Below, one piece after another: positions 14,346-23,047 of a DNA stretch of 32,000 nt (the first letter of the stretch is position 1; each line of letters begins with the position of its first letter). Under the pieces are notes generated by a model. It saw only the letters and a list, made by a program, of their open reading frames with translations. It was not told where the DNA came from and searched no databases. This DNA comes from Geotalea daltonii FRC-32. GTDB taxonomy: Bacteria; Desulfobacterota; Desulfuromonadia; Geobacterales; Geobacteraceae. The position numbers were made by a program, and so were the translations under genes. The stretch is taken from the NCBI RefSeq assembly GCF_000022265.1, contig NC_011979.1:1410001-1442000 (forward strand). Direction: 5' to 3'.

Positions 14346-15896
14346 TCAGCGACGAGAGTGGAAATGATTGACTATGGCGGCGGTGAGCGCATCGAGGGTG
14401 TAGGTGGCGGGCTCTATATCCACGGCCAGGCCTAATTCACGGCAGGTCTTGGAGGTAATGGGGCCGATGGAGGCGATGGCGACGCCGTCCAGCAGCTTGA
14501 GCAGGCGGTTTTCACCCACCATGGCCGCCAGATTCTGGACGGTTGAGGACGAGGTGAAGGTGATGCAGTCAATCTGCCCCTTTTCCAGTGCCTCCATGGC
14601 GGAAGCGGGGAGCTCTTCGGGAACAACGTTGCAGTAGGCGACGGGAGCGACCACTTCCGCTCCAAACCTTTCCAGTTCTACCGGAATGATGTCCCGGGCG
14701 CGGTCGGCCTTGGGGAAGAGGACCCTTTTGCCCTGCATGTCCAGCTTGCCGAAGGATTCGACCACCCCTTCCGCCTTATAGTTTTCCGGAATCAGATCTG
14801 CTTTGATACCGTGGGGTGCGAGGGCGGCGGCGGTTTTAGGCCCGACGGCGCAGACGCGGCAGCGGCCGATGGCCCGTGTATCCAGGTTCAGTTCATGGAG
14901 TCGACAGAAAAAGCTGCTCACGGCGTTGTAGGAGGTGAAGACTAGCCAGTGAAAAGACACAAGTTCGGCGATAGCCCCATCCAGTTCCGTGAAGCTTTCG
15001 GGGGGTACGATGCGAATGGTCGGACATTCATGGACGGTGGCCCCAAAGCCTGCCAGGAGCCGTGAAAAATCTCCCGCCTGATCGGCGGCGCGGGTGACCA
15101 CGATGTTGGTGCCGAAGAGGGGTCGGTTGTCGAACCAGCGGAGTTTTTCCCGCAGGTTGACCACCTCGCCGACGATGGTGATGGCCGGTGCCTTGAAGGA
15201 TGATGCCTTTGCCTTGTCGGCGATGTCGGCCAAGGTGCCTGCCAGCACTTCCTGATCGCTCCGCGTCCCCCAGCGTACCAGCGCCACGGGTGTTTCGGCA
15301 GGCCTGCCGTTTTCGACCATCTTTCTGGTGATGAGGGGAAGGTTCTTGATCCCCATGTAGAAGACGACCGTACCGCTCCCAAGCGACAGGCGCTCCCAGT
15401 CGATTTCCGAAGCCTCCTTGCCGGGACTTTCATGGCCGGTGACGAAGGCCACTGAGGTGGTAAAGTTCCGGTGGGTAAGGGGAATACCCGCATAGGCGGC
15501 GGCGCCGATACCGGCCGTAACGCCGGGGACGATCTCGAAGGGGATGCCTGCTGCGACGAGGGCTTCGCATTCTTCGCCACCACGGCCGAAAACGAAAGGA
15601 TCGCCACCTTTGAGCCTGGCCACTATCTTTCCCTGCAGGGCCTTTTTCACCAGAAGTTCGTTTATCTGCCACTGCTCGTGATTGTGCGCCCCGCCGATCT
15701 TCCCTGCATAGATCAGTTCGGCCGCGGGAGCGGCATGTTTCAGCAACTCCGGATTGGCCAGGTAATCGTAAAGAATCACCTCCGCCCTGGCGATGCATTC
15801 CAGCCCCTTGACGGTTATGAGACCGGGGTCGCCGGGACCGGCGCCGATCAGGTAGACATAGCCCTTGTCGTTTTTGGATGGGAAAATATCGGTCAT
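14346..15896 (-). CDS. cobA/hemD: Uroporphyrinogen-III C-methyltransferase fused to uroporphyrinogen-III synthase
   Basis: 516 aa. The N-terminal half carries VYLIGAGPGDPGLITVKG.. (SAM-dependent tetrapyrrole methylase). The C-terminal half is HemD-like. Confidence 0.9.
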   Translation of the reverse strand: MTDIFPSKNDKGYVYLIGAGPGDPGLITVKGLECIARAEVILYDYLANPELLKHAAPAAELIYAGKIGGAHNHEQWQINELLVKKALQGKIVARLKGGDPFVFGRGGEECEALVAAGIPFEIVPGVTAGIGAAAYAGIPLTHRNFTTSVAFVTGHESPGKEASEIDWERLSLGSGTVVFYMGIKNLPLITRKMVENGRPAETPVALVRWGTRSDQEVLAGTLADIADKAKASSFKAPAITIVGEVVNLREKLRWFDNRPLFGTNIVVTRAADQAGDFSRLLAGFGATVHECPTIRIVPPESFTELDGAIAELVSFHWLVFTSYNAVSSFFCRLHELNLDTRAIGRCRVCAVGPKTAAALAPHGIKADLIPENYKAEGVVESFGKLDMQGKRVLFPKADRARDIIPVELERFGAEVVAPVAYCNVVPEELPASAMEALEKGQIDCITFTSSSTVQNLAAMVGENRLLKLLDGVAIASIGPITSKTCRELGLAVDIEPATYTLDALTAAIVNHFHSRR

Positions 15897-15943
15897 GGCA
15901 GATCTTTCGTTTAAGCCCGGAAAGTATGTTCACGGAGATACGT

Positions 15944-16000
15944 CAAGGCGCAAAGAACGACGGAAAACCCTTGAGCTTCTCCTAGCGTCTTTGCGCCTTG
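15944..16000 (-). other. Large intra-operon hairpin between hemC and cobA/hemD
   Basis: CAAGGCGCAAAGA (15944-15956) pairs perfectly with TCTTTGCGCCTTG (15988-16000). Two further pairs follow a 1-nt bulge. The loop is ~26 nt and there is no U-tract. Confidence 0.5.
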
Positions 16001-16050
16001 CGTGACGGATCGTACACGGTTTTATGCAGTGCGCGCTGCACTAACGGCAA

Positions 16051-17007
16051 TTAAACAGGGATTTCCTTCTCCCTGGATACTTCCCGCTGATAGACCTCGG
16101 CGAGGATGGCATGGCCGCCGTCGGCAAGGAGCTGCTCGGCCAGCTTGATGCCCAGCTTTTCACAGTCCGCGGCCGGTCCGGTGATGGTGCCGCGTACGGA
16201 CGTTTTACCGTCTACGGAGGCAATAAAACCGACCAGTTTCAGGTCGCTGCCGGTGACTTCGCCGAAGGCGGCGATGGGTACCTGACAGCCCCCTTCGCAA
16301 CGCCAGAGCAGCGCCCGCTCGGCCCTGACGGCATAGGCGGTGGCGGGGTGGTTGAAGAAGTCGATGGTTTGTTTCACCTCTTCATTGTCAAGGCGACACT
16401 CGATCCCCAGTGCCCCCTGGCCGATGGCGGGGATGGACAGGTCGGTCGGCAGATATTCGGCCACTTTTTCCGTAAAGCCAAGCCTTTTGAGTCCTGCTGC
16501 GGCGAGAATGACCGCATCCAGTTTCTCGGTTTCCAGTTTGTTGATGCGGGTTTCCACGTTGCCGCGGATGATGACCATCTCCATGTCCGGGCGGACCTTG
16601 AGCAGCTGGGCTTGACGGCGCAGGGCACTGGTGCCGATCTTGGCACCCTGGGGCAGGTCGGCGAATTTGGTGCCACGGGATATAACGGCGTCGCGCGGGT
16701 CTTCACGCTCGGTGATGCAGTGGAGGCCGAGTCCTTCCGGAAATTCCGTGGGGACATCCTTCATGCTGTGCACGGCAATGTCGATGTCGCCGCGGAGCAT
16801 GGCCTCTTCGATCTCCTTGACGAAGAGCCCTTTGCCCCCTACCTGGGCCAGGGGTACGTCCAATATTTTGTCGCCGATGGTCTTGATCTTCACCAGCGAT
16901 ACTTCCATGCCCGGATAACGCTGTTCCAGTTCGGACTTGACCCAGTTTGCCTGCCAGAGTGCCAGCTGGCTGGCGCGGGTACCTATTCTCAGCTGTTTTA
17001 GTGCCAC
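16051..17007 (-). CDS. hemC: Hydroxymethylbilane synthase (porphobilinogen deaminase)
   Basis: 318 aa. The sequence reads LRIGTRASQLALWQANWV..IKTIGDKILD..GGKGLFVKEIE.., and the cofactor Cys is in ..CEGGCQVPIAA. Confidence 0.95.
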   Translation of the reverse strand: MALKQLRIGTRASQLALWQANWVKSELEQRYPGMEVSLVKIKTIGDKILDVPLAQVGGKGLFVKEIEEAMLRGDIDIAVHSMKDVPTEFPEGLGLHCITEREDPRDAVISRGTKFADLPQGAKIGTSALRRQAQLLKVRPDMEMVIIRGNVETRINKLETEKLDAVILAAAGLKRLGFTEKVAEYLPTDLSIPAIGQGALGIECRLDNEEVKQTIDFFNHPATAYAVRAERALLWRCEGGCQVPIAAFGEVTGSDLKLVGFIASVDGKTSVRGTITGPAADCEKLGIKLAEQLLADGGHAILAEVYQREVSREKEIPV

Positions 17008-17075
17008 GGAAATCTCCTTTTCTCTCTATATCTTCTCATCATCAAATTTTTTTTGCATATTCCAGCACCTGTCAA

Positions 17076-18380
17076 CTATTCTTCCAGCTCACCCAGCTCC
17101 ATTTCTTCGTGGGGGGCAGTTTCCAGATCGAACAGGTTCCGCAGCGCATCCACATACAGATCGTTGCGATTGCCCTGGTCGCTCCGTTTCAGGACACTGG
17201 TCGGCTGGTGAAGCAGCTTGTTCATGATGGCATTGGTCAGGGCTTCCAGCCGCTTTTCGCCTTCGGGGGGCAGGTCCTTCCAGTTGGCCATGGTCTTGGC
17301 CAATTCGGCCCGGCGGATCTCGTCGAACTTCGAGCGAAGGGCAACGATGGTCGGGGTGACTTCAAGGGAAGAGAGCCACTTGAAGAACTGGCCGATCTCC
17401 TGCTCAACGATGGCCTCGGCCTTTTCCGATTCCTTTTTCCGCTGTTCCAGGTTGGTGGCGACGACGCCATTGAGATCGTCCACTGTGTACAGGTAGATGT
17501 TCTCGATGTCGTTGACCTTTGGGTCGATGTCGCGGGGGACTGCGATGTCGATGAAAAACATGGGTTTCAGCTTGCGGCGACGGATGACGTCTTCGATATC
17601 CTTCGGTTTGATGATGAAGTGGGGCGCACCGGTGGAAGAGAGGATGATATCGGCTTTGTGCAGTTGGTCGAAGAGGTCCTCATAGTTGACTGCCTTGCCG
17701 TCGAATTCTTCGGCCAGCTTTACCGCCCGCTCGAAAGTCCGGTTGGTGACCATGACGCCGCGCACGCCGGTGTTGATAAAGTGCTTGGCCGCCAGCTCAC
17801 ACATCTCCCCGGCGCCGATGAGCATGACTGTCTTGTCGGAAAGATCACCGAAGATCTTTTTTGCCAACTCCACGGCGGCAAAGGCCACGGAAACGGCTGA
17901 GGAGGCAATCTTTGTCTCGGTGCGTACTCTCTTGGCCACTGAAAAGGCCTTGTGCAGGAAACGATTGAGAATGATGCCGGAGCTTTTATATTCGGCGGCA
18001 TAGCCGTAGGAGGTTTTGATCTGGCCAAGGATCTGCGGTTCGCCAACTACCATGGAGTCCAGGCTTGATGCCACCCGGAAAACATGGCGTGTTGCCGCCT
18101 CACCATGATAGCTGTAGAGGTGCGGCTCCAGGGTTTCCAGGGGAAAGTTGTGATAGTCGGCCAGGAACCGCTTGAGGCGGGCGATGCCCCCGGCAATGTC
18201 ACGGGTGGTGGCGTAGATTTCAACCCTGTTGCAGGTGGAGACAATCACCCCTTCGGTGATATCCGGAATGGATACCAGTGCGTGCAACGGCTTTTCCATC
18301 TGGGTCGGGGAAAATGCTACTTTTTCCCTTATCTCAACTGCGGCTGTTTTGTGGGACAGCCCGACAACGATAATGTTCAT
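17076..18380 (-). CDS. hemA: Glutamyl-tRNA reductase
   Basis: 434 aa. The N-terminus reads [23 protein letters not shown].. and the active site reads STCNRVEIY. An NADPH-binding GAGEM motif is present. Confidence 0.95.
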   Translation of the reverse strand: MNIIVVGLSHKTAAVEIREKVAFSPTQMEKPLHALVSIPDITEGVIVSTCNRVEIYATTRDIAGGIARLKRFLADYHNFPLETLEPHLYSYHGEAATRHVFRVASSLDSMVVGEPQILGQIKTSYGYAAEYKSSGIILNRFLHKAFSVAKRVRTETKIASSAVSVAFAAVELAKKIFGDLSDKTVMLIGAGEMCELAAKHFINTGVRGVMVTNRTFERAVKLAEEFDGKAVNYEDLFDQLHKADIILSSTGAPHFIIKPKDIEDVIRRRKLKPMFFIDIAVPRDIDPKVNDIENIYLYTVDDLNGVVATNLEQRKKESEKAEAIVEQEIGQFFKWLSSLEVTPTIVALRSKFDEIRRAELAKTMANWKDLPPEGEKRLEALTNAIMNKLLHQPTSVLKRSDQGNRNDLYVDALRNLFDLETAPHEEMELGELEE

Positions 18381-18404
18381 AGCTCAATCTGCCTCTGATT
18401 CCAC

Positions 18405-18432
18405 AAATGCCCACTGGAGCAGCGGGGCATTT
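18405..18432 (-). other. 8-bp hairpin between the ccsA-like gene and hemA
   Basis: AAATGCCC (18405-18412) pairs with GGGCATTT (18425-18432) across a 12-nt loop. Confidence 0.4.
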
Positions 18433-18443
18433 GCCAATTTCCC

Positions 18444-19259
18444 TCATTTGTAGCTGTGGAGCCCCGACAACAAGAGATTGACGCCGAGAAAGGTAAAAAG
18501 CATGATGAAAAAGCCGATGATGGAGAGGATGGCAGCCTTGCGCCCTCGCCAGCCGGTGGTAAGTCTGCCGTGCAAGAGAGCTGCATAGACAAACCATGTG
18601 ATCAGCGACCACGTCTCTTTCGGGTCCCAGCTCCAGTATGTGCCCCAGGCGGTTTCAGCCCAGATTGCCCCGGTTATGATGGCGAAGGTGAGAAGAGGGA
18701 AGCCGAAAGTGAGGCAGCGGTAACTTATATCGTCCAGGGTGTCCAGGGAGGGGAGCCGCTGGAACATTGCACCGAGCTTTTTGTTTTTCAGGAAGTGGGA
18801 CTGGATCAGGTACATGATGCTAGCGCCGAAAGAGACGGCAAAGGCGCCATAGCCGAGGAACGCAACAATGGTATGCACGGCGAGCCATTTGCTTTTCAGT
18901 GCCGGATTCAGCGGCGTTATGGCTGAAGGGAATGTGGTGGATACGGCCAGGAGAATCAGGGCCAGAGGGGTAATGAAAGAACCAAGGACAAACATTTTGT
19001 ACTTGCGTTCGAAAATGATGAAAATGCCGATAACGGCCAGGCTGAAAAAGGAGAGAGACTCGTGCAGGTTGGTGATCGGCGTATGCCCCACCTCGATGAA
19101 ACGATTGGCGGTGAAGGCCAGATGGGCAATGAACCCGGCGGAGATGGTCCAGTGTGCGGTACGCCCCAGCAGGTTCTCAGGTTTCACCAGGTAGATGAGA
19201 TAAATGACGGTGGCGACAAAATAGATGCCGAGGGTGCAATAAAAGAGCAGGGCATTCAT
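18444..19259 (-). CDS. CcsA/HemX-family cytochrome c assembly-type membrane protein
   Basis: 271 aa and polytopic. It carries the Trp-rich heme-handling motif WAETAWGTYWSWDPKETWSLITW. Its start overlaps the upstream stop (ATGA at 19256-19259). Confidence 0.85.
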   Translation of the reverse strand: MNALLFYCTLGIYFVATVIYLIYLVKPENLLGRTAHWTISAGFIAHLAFTANRFIEVGHTPITNLHESLSFFSLAVIGIFIIFERKYKMFVLGSFITPLALILLAVSTTFPSAITPLNPALKSKWLAVHTIVAFLGYGAFAVSFGASIMYLIQSHFLKNKKLGAMFQRLPSLDTLDDISYRCLTFGFPLLTFAIITGAIWAETAWGTYWSWDPKETWSLITWFVYAALLHGRLTTGWRGRKAAILSIIGFFIMLFTFLGVNLLLSGLHSYK

Positions 19260-19930
19260 TGATGGTCCTTTTCTTCCTCCAAAAGATGGCTGATGCTGAA
19301 TTCCGAACCGAAAATCTTGAGGAGAAGATGGTCCAGTTGGTCGTATCGCCGTTCTTTGATCATTCGTGGAAGGTCATGGGCTGCCAGTTGGCTTAGAAGG
19401 GCCTTATTGTATGCGCTGTTGCCCTTTGCAGTCAATAGCTTTTCACGCAGAATGCCCAATAGCTTCAGGGTCTGCTCATACTCCGGTCCAAACGACGCTT
19501 CCAACTGCTCGCGGATTTTTTTTGCCATTGCCGGGCTTTTGCCTCCGGTGGAGACGGCAATCACCAGGTCGCCCCTGGTCATCATTGCCGGCATGATAAA
19601 GCTGCTTAGTTCAGGATCGTCGCAGACATCGACAAGAATGCCGCGATTTTTTGCCTCATCGGCTACTGCCAGATTGGCGTATCTGTCGCTGGTGGCGGCA
19701 ATGGCAAGAAATGCTCCATCCAGATCGCCTTTTTTGAAGTTCCGTGGCAGATGCTTGATGGAACCGCCTTCGCTCAGCTTTGCCAGCTTGTCTGACAGGT
19801 CTGGGGCAATCATGGTGATCAGTGCACCTGCTTCAAGCAGCTTGCATGTCTTGCGCTCCGCGATCTTGCCGCCGCCGACAACGGTTACCATTCTGCCGGC
19901 CATATTCAAATTTATGGGAAAAAAGGACAT
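19256..19930 (-). CDS. Precorrin-2 dehydrogenase / sirohydrochlorin ferrochelatase (siroheme synthase N-terminal-domain type)
   Basis: Start moved to MSFFPINLNMAGRMVTVVGGGKIAERK.. (Rossmann GGGxxA close to the N-terminus, as in SirC/CysG-N). No SD is present. Confidence 0.8.
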   Translation of the reverse strand: MSFFPINLNMAGRMVTVVGGGKIAERKTCKLLEAGALITMIAPDLSDKLAKLSEGGSIKHLPRNFKKGDLDGAFLAIAATSDRYANLAVADEAKNRGILVDVCDDPELSSFIMPAMMTRGDLVIAVSTGGKSPAMAKKIREQLEASFGPEYEQTLKLLGILREKLLTAKGNSAYNKALLSQLAAHDLPRMIKERRYDQLDHLLLKIFGSEFSISHLLEEEKDHQ

Positions 19931-19937
19931 GGGATAT

Positions 19938-19966
19938 ACTATGGATGAGTGGCGGAATGGAGTCAA
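19938..19966 (-). promoter_or_regulatory. Candidate promoter of the tetrapyrrole operon, placed for a leaderless transcript
   Basis: Minus strand reads TTGACT (19961-19966), a 17-nt spacer, then CATAGT (19938-19943), then 7 nt to the ATG (19930). Confidence 0.4.
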
Positions 19967-20036
19967 TAGCCGGCGATACATAATGGTGATCGAAGGTACA
20001 TGAACCGCGGAACCGCATGCCGCCTGCAATTACTCC

Positions 20037-20064
20037 TTGATTTTTTTTTCGTGTCGGCTATAGT
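20037..20064 (+). promoter_or_regulatory. Candidate trxA promoter
   Basis: TTGATT (20037-20042), a 16-nt spacer, then TATAGT (20059-20064). The -10 lies inside the inverted repeat GCTATA-GT-TATAGC (20057-20070). Confidence 0.45.
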
Positions 20065-20115
20065 TATAGCACTTTTTGCATGTATTTTACCGATTTAAAT
20101 CCAAGGAGAGCAATC

Positions 20116-20445
20116 ATGGCCAGCGAAAAAGTACTGACATTTACCGACGACAACTTTGAAGCAGCGGTGCTCCAGTCGGAGATCCCTGTTCTTGTAGATT
20201 TCTGGGCTACCTGGTGTGCCCCGTGCAAAGCCATCGCCCCCCTCATCGATGGCATCGCTGAAGAATATGAAGGCAAGATAAAGGTAGGCAAGGTCAATGT
20301 TGATGAAAGCCCTGGCATGCCGGGCAAATACGGCGTACGCGGTATCCCGACCGTCATTCTCATCAAGGACGGCAAGGTTGTTGATCAGGTGGTCGGCGCC
20401 GTGCCCAAGGCACAGCTTGAGGCGCTGATCAAAAAGGCTCTGTAA
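20116..20445 (+). CDS. trxA: Thioredoxin
   Basis: Start moved to [38 protein letters not shown].., with SD AAGGAGAG. 109 aa. Confidence 0.9.
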   Translation: MASEKVLTFTDDNFEAAVLQSEIPVLVDFWATWCAPCKAIAPLIDGIAEEYEGKIKVGKVNVDESPGMPGKYGVRGIPTVILIKDGKVVDQVVGAVPKAQLEALIKKAL

Positions 20446-20454
20446 AGGATTGCT

Positions 20455-20961
20455 ATGATGTTACGCAGTATCCGTTTCATTTTACTCGCCCTGTCGCTGC
20501 TTTTAATATCTGCCGCCCCGGTATCCGCCGCCTTGCAGAAAGGACAGCCAGCTCCTCCAATCAATGTGGTGACAACCTCCGGGCAGCCGGTATCGCTGGC
20601 CAACTACAAGGGACACGTGCTGGTCCTGGATTTTTTCGCCACTTGGTGTTACCCCTGCAAGGAAGCCATTCCCCATCTGTTGAATCTTAATCGCAAGTAC
20701 GGCAAGCAGGGACTGCAGATCCTCGGTATGAGTGTTGACGATGGCAGCGATAAGGTGGTCAAGGCATTTATCGCCGAAAAAAAGATCAACTATCCGGTTG
20801 CCATGGTTGATGAAGATCTCCAGATAGAATACGGGCTACGCTCGGTGCCGACCATATTTGTCATCAGCAAGAAAGGGATCGTTGCCGAAAAGTTGCAAGG
20901 CTATTCGGAAGAGGTCGGAAGGACTCTGGAAAACACGGTGAAGAGGCTTCTTGCCGAATAA
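20455..20961 (+). CDS. Exported TlpA/ResA-like thiol:disulfide oxidoreductase
   Basis: Signal peptide MMLRSIRFILLALSLLLISAAPVSA. The redoxin motif reads VLDFFATWCYPCKEAIP. The gene starts 9 nt after trxA. Confidence 0.85.
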   Translation: MMLRSIRFILLALSLLLISAAPVSAALQKGQPAPPINVVTTSGQPVSLANYKGHVLVLDFFATWCYPCKEAIPHLLNLNRKYGKQGLQILGMSVDDGSDKVVKAFIAEKKINYPVAMVDEDLQIEYGLRSVPTIFVISKKGIVAEKLQGYSEEVGRTLENTVKRLLAE

Positions 20962-20971
20962 TCCCTGGATG

Positions 20972-22840
20972 TTATTCAAAATTCACAAAGGGCGATGCGT
21001 TTGTATCGCCCTTTTCATTTTCATGTAGATGCTTCCATAGGGACTCAGCGACGGTGGCGGAAATACCCTGGACCTGGCGCAGCTCTTCCAGCGTTGCTTC
21101 ACTTATCTTTTTCAGGCTGCCGAAGTGGCGCAGGAGTTCCTTCCTTCTCTTAATGCCAATGCCGGGAATCGCTTCAAGCTGCGAAGCCAGCAGCTTATTG
21201 CCGCGCAGTTTTTTGTGATAGGCCACGGCAAAACGATGGGCTTCATCCCTGATCCTGGCCAAAAGCAGGAGTGGTGCGGAGTTCTGCCGCAGCACTACCG
21301 GATTTTTTCGGTTAGGCAGAAAGACCCGCTCATCTGACCTGCTGATTTCCGTAGCGCCCATCTCCCGGTCAACCCTGCTCTTTGCCAATCCGGCAGCTTC
21401 CACATCTGTAATCTGCAAGTCGCCCAGTACATGGGTGAGAACGTTCAACTGGCCGATTCCTCCATCGACGATGATCAGGTCCGGGTAGTCGTCGGGAGCT
21501 GTTCCCGGTTTGAACCGCCTGGAAAACATTTCTCTCATCATGGCAAAATCGTCGGATTGGCTGACTCCCTTGATGCGATAACGACGATAATGTGCCTTGT
21601 CAGCCTTGCCGTCCACAAAGGCAACCTTACTGCCGACCGCCATCTGTCCCTGAATGTTGGAAATATCATAACATTCGATGCGGCGAGGGAGCTTATGCAG
21701 ATGGAGACGTTCTTTGAGTGTCTGGAGAATCGCCTCACCAGATTCGGCCGCTTTTTTTCGTTCAGCGGCCGCCGTTTCCGCATTTTTGATGGCAAGTCTT
21801 ACCAGTTCCAGTTTGTTGCCCCGTTGGGGCACTGTTATGGATACCCGCCTGCCGCGTAATTCACAGAGGAGCTCTTCCTGTGGCAAGGGATCGGCGATGG
21901 CAATGGGGAGCACTATTTCCGAAGGAATGAATACCTCCTGATTATAATATTCATTGAGGAAAGAAGCGATCCCTTCATGATCGTCCATTTCCCAGCTGAA
22001 TGAATAGTTCCTGCTGCCGGTGAGGGTGCCGCCGCGGAGAAAAAGAAGGGCGATGTGCAGTTGTTCCCCTTCCCGGTAAAAGCCGATGACATCGGAATCT
22101 CCCCCTTGGGCAACCACCTTCTGCTTTTCCACCGTAACCTCGATGGAACGGATCAGGTCGCGGAACCGGGCTGCTTTCTCGTACTTTTCAGCGGCTGCTG
22201 CGGCACTCATCCGCTCCCTGAAAATTTTCAATATTTCCCGATTTTTCCCTTCGAGGAAAAGGGCGGCGCCTTCGGCCAGAGCCATGTAGTCTTCCCGGGA
22301 GATCTTGCCGTGGCAGGGGGCGGAGCATTGCTTCAGCTGGTAAAACAGGCAGGGACGATTTCGTCTCCTGCAGGTTTCCATTGGGTAGTGACGGAGGGGA
22401 AACAGTTTGTAGAGATGCTTGAGCACGGCCCTGGCATCGGAAGCGGATGAATATGGTCCGAAATAGCGGGCTCCGTCGCGGGTAACCTTGCGGATGATGG
22501 ACAGGCGAGGAAAGTCGCTGGACATGTCCATTCTCAGGGAAAAATATGTCTTGTCGTCCCGGAGATTGAAATTGTACTTGGGACGGTACTTTTTGATCAG
22601 GGTATTTTCAAGGATCAGCGCTTCCTTTTCCGTATCGGTGACGATGAACTGGATATCGGTGACCCTGGCCATGAGGAAGCGGATCTGGTAACGGGAATCA
22701 CCTGATGCGGCAAAGTAGGAGCGGATCCGCTTGCGCAAATCCCTTGCCTTGCCCACGTAGAGGACTGTTGCCTCGGCATCTTTCATGATGTAGACGCCGG
22801 GTGACGATGGAAAATGGCCGATACTGTCAATTTCTATCAT
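20972..22840 (-). CDS. uvrC: Excinuclease ABC subunit C
   Basis: Start moved to ATG 22840 ([32 protein letters not shown].., GIY-YIG). The C-terminus is HhH-type (..[26 protein letters not shown]..). Confidence 0.95.
   Translation of the reverse strand: MIEIDSIGHFPSSPGVYIMKDAEATVLYVGKARDLRKRIRSYFAASGDSRYQIRFLMARVTDIQFIVTDTEKEALILENTLIKKYRPKYNFNLRDDKTYFSLRMDMSSDFPRLSIIRKVTRDGARYFGPYSSASDARAVLKHLYKLFPLRHYPMETCRRRNRPCLFYQLKQCSAPCHGKISREDYMALAEGAALFLEGKNREILKIFRERMSAAAAAEKYEKAARFRDLIRSIEVTVEKQKVVAQGGDSDVIGFYREGEQLHIALLFLRGGTLTGSRNYSFSWEMDDHEGIASFLNEYYNQEVFIPSEIVLPIAIADPLPQEELLCELRGRRVSITVPQRGNKLELVRLAIKNAETAAAERKKAAESGEAILQTLKERLHLHKLPRRIECYDISNIQGQMAVGSKVAFVDGKADKAHYRRYRIKGVSQSDDFAMMREMFSRRFKPGTAPDDYPDLIIVDGGIGQLNVLTHVLGDLQITDVEAAGLAKSRVDREMGATEISRSDERVFLPNRKNPVVLRQNSAPLLLLARIRDEAHRFAVAYHKKLRGNKLLASQLEAIPGIGIKRRKELLRHFGSLKKISEATLEELRQVQGISATVAESLWKHLHENEKGDTNASPFVNFE
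20988..21020 (+). terminator. Rho-independent terminator of trxA-tlpA, embedded in the 3' codons of convergent uvrC
   Basis: AAGGGCGAT (20988-20996) pairs with ATCGCCCTT (21005-21013) across an 8-nt loop, followed by TTTTCATTTTC. Confidence 0.65.
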
Positions 22841-22848
22841 AAGTTGTA

Positions 22849-22877
22849 AGTATAGAAGCAAAGGGAAACCGTTTCAA
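22849..22877 (-). promoter_or_regulatory. Near-consensus promoter abutting the uvrC start codon
   Basis: Minus strand reads TTGAAA (22872-22877), a 17-nt spacer, then TATACT (22849-22854), then 8 nt to the ATG (22840). No SD is present. Confidence 0.5.
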
Positions 22878-22969
22878 AGCTTTTCTACGGTTAGCTGTAT
22901 CAGTGAAAAGGCTGTTCGTTTTCCGTGACACAAATGCCTTCTGCTGCCCATTCACGGAGCCATTCTCAA

Positions 22970-22998
22970 TTGACAATCTTCAATTAAGATGGTAACTT
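22970..22998 (+). promoter_or_regulatory. Candidate promoter of the 1013-aa envelope protein operon
   Basis: TTGACA (22970-22975), a 17-nt spacer, then TAACTT (22993-22998). Confidence 0.45.
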
Positions 22999-23047
22999 TC
23001 GTCACTAATTTTCATACTATCCCAGATATGGCTCGGAAAGGTACACC

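Noticed and set aside
16111-17900. Plus-strand ORFs of 296 and 317 aa (16111-17001, 16947-17900)
   Set aside because: They are antisense to unmistakable hemC and hemA. The composition is low-complexity (G/A/D/V-rich) with no motifs.
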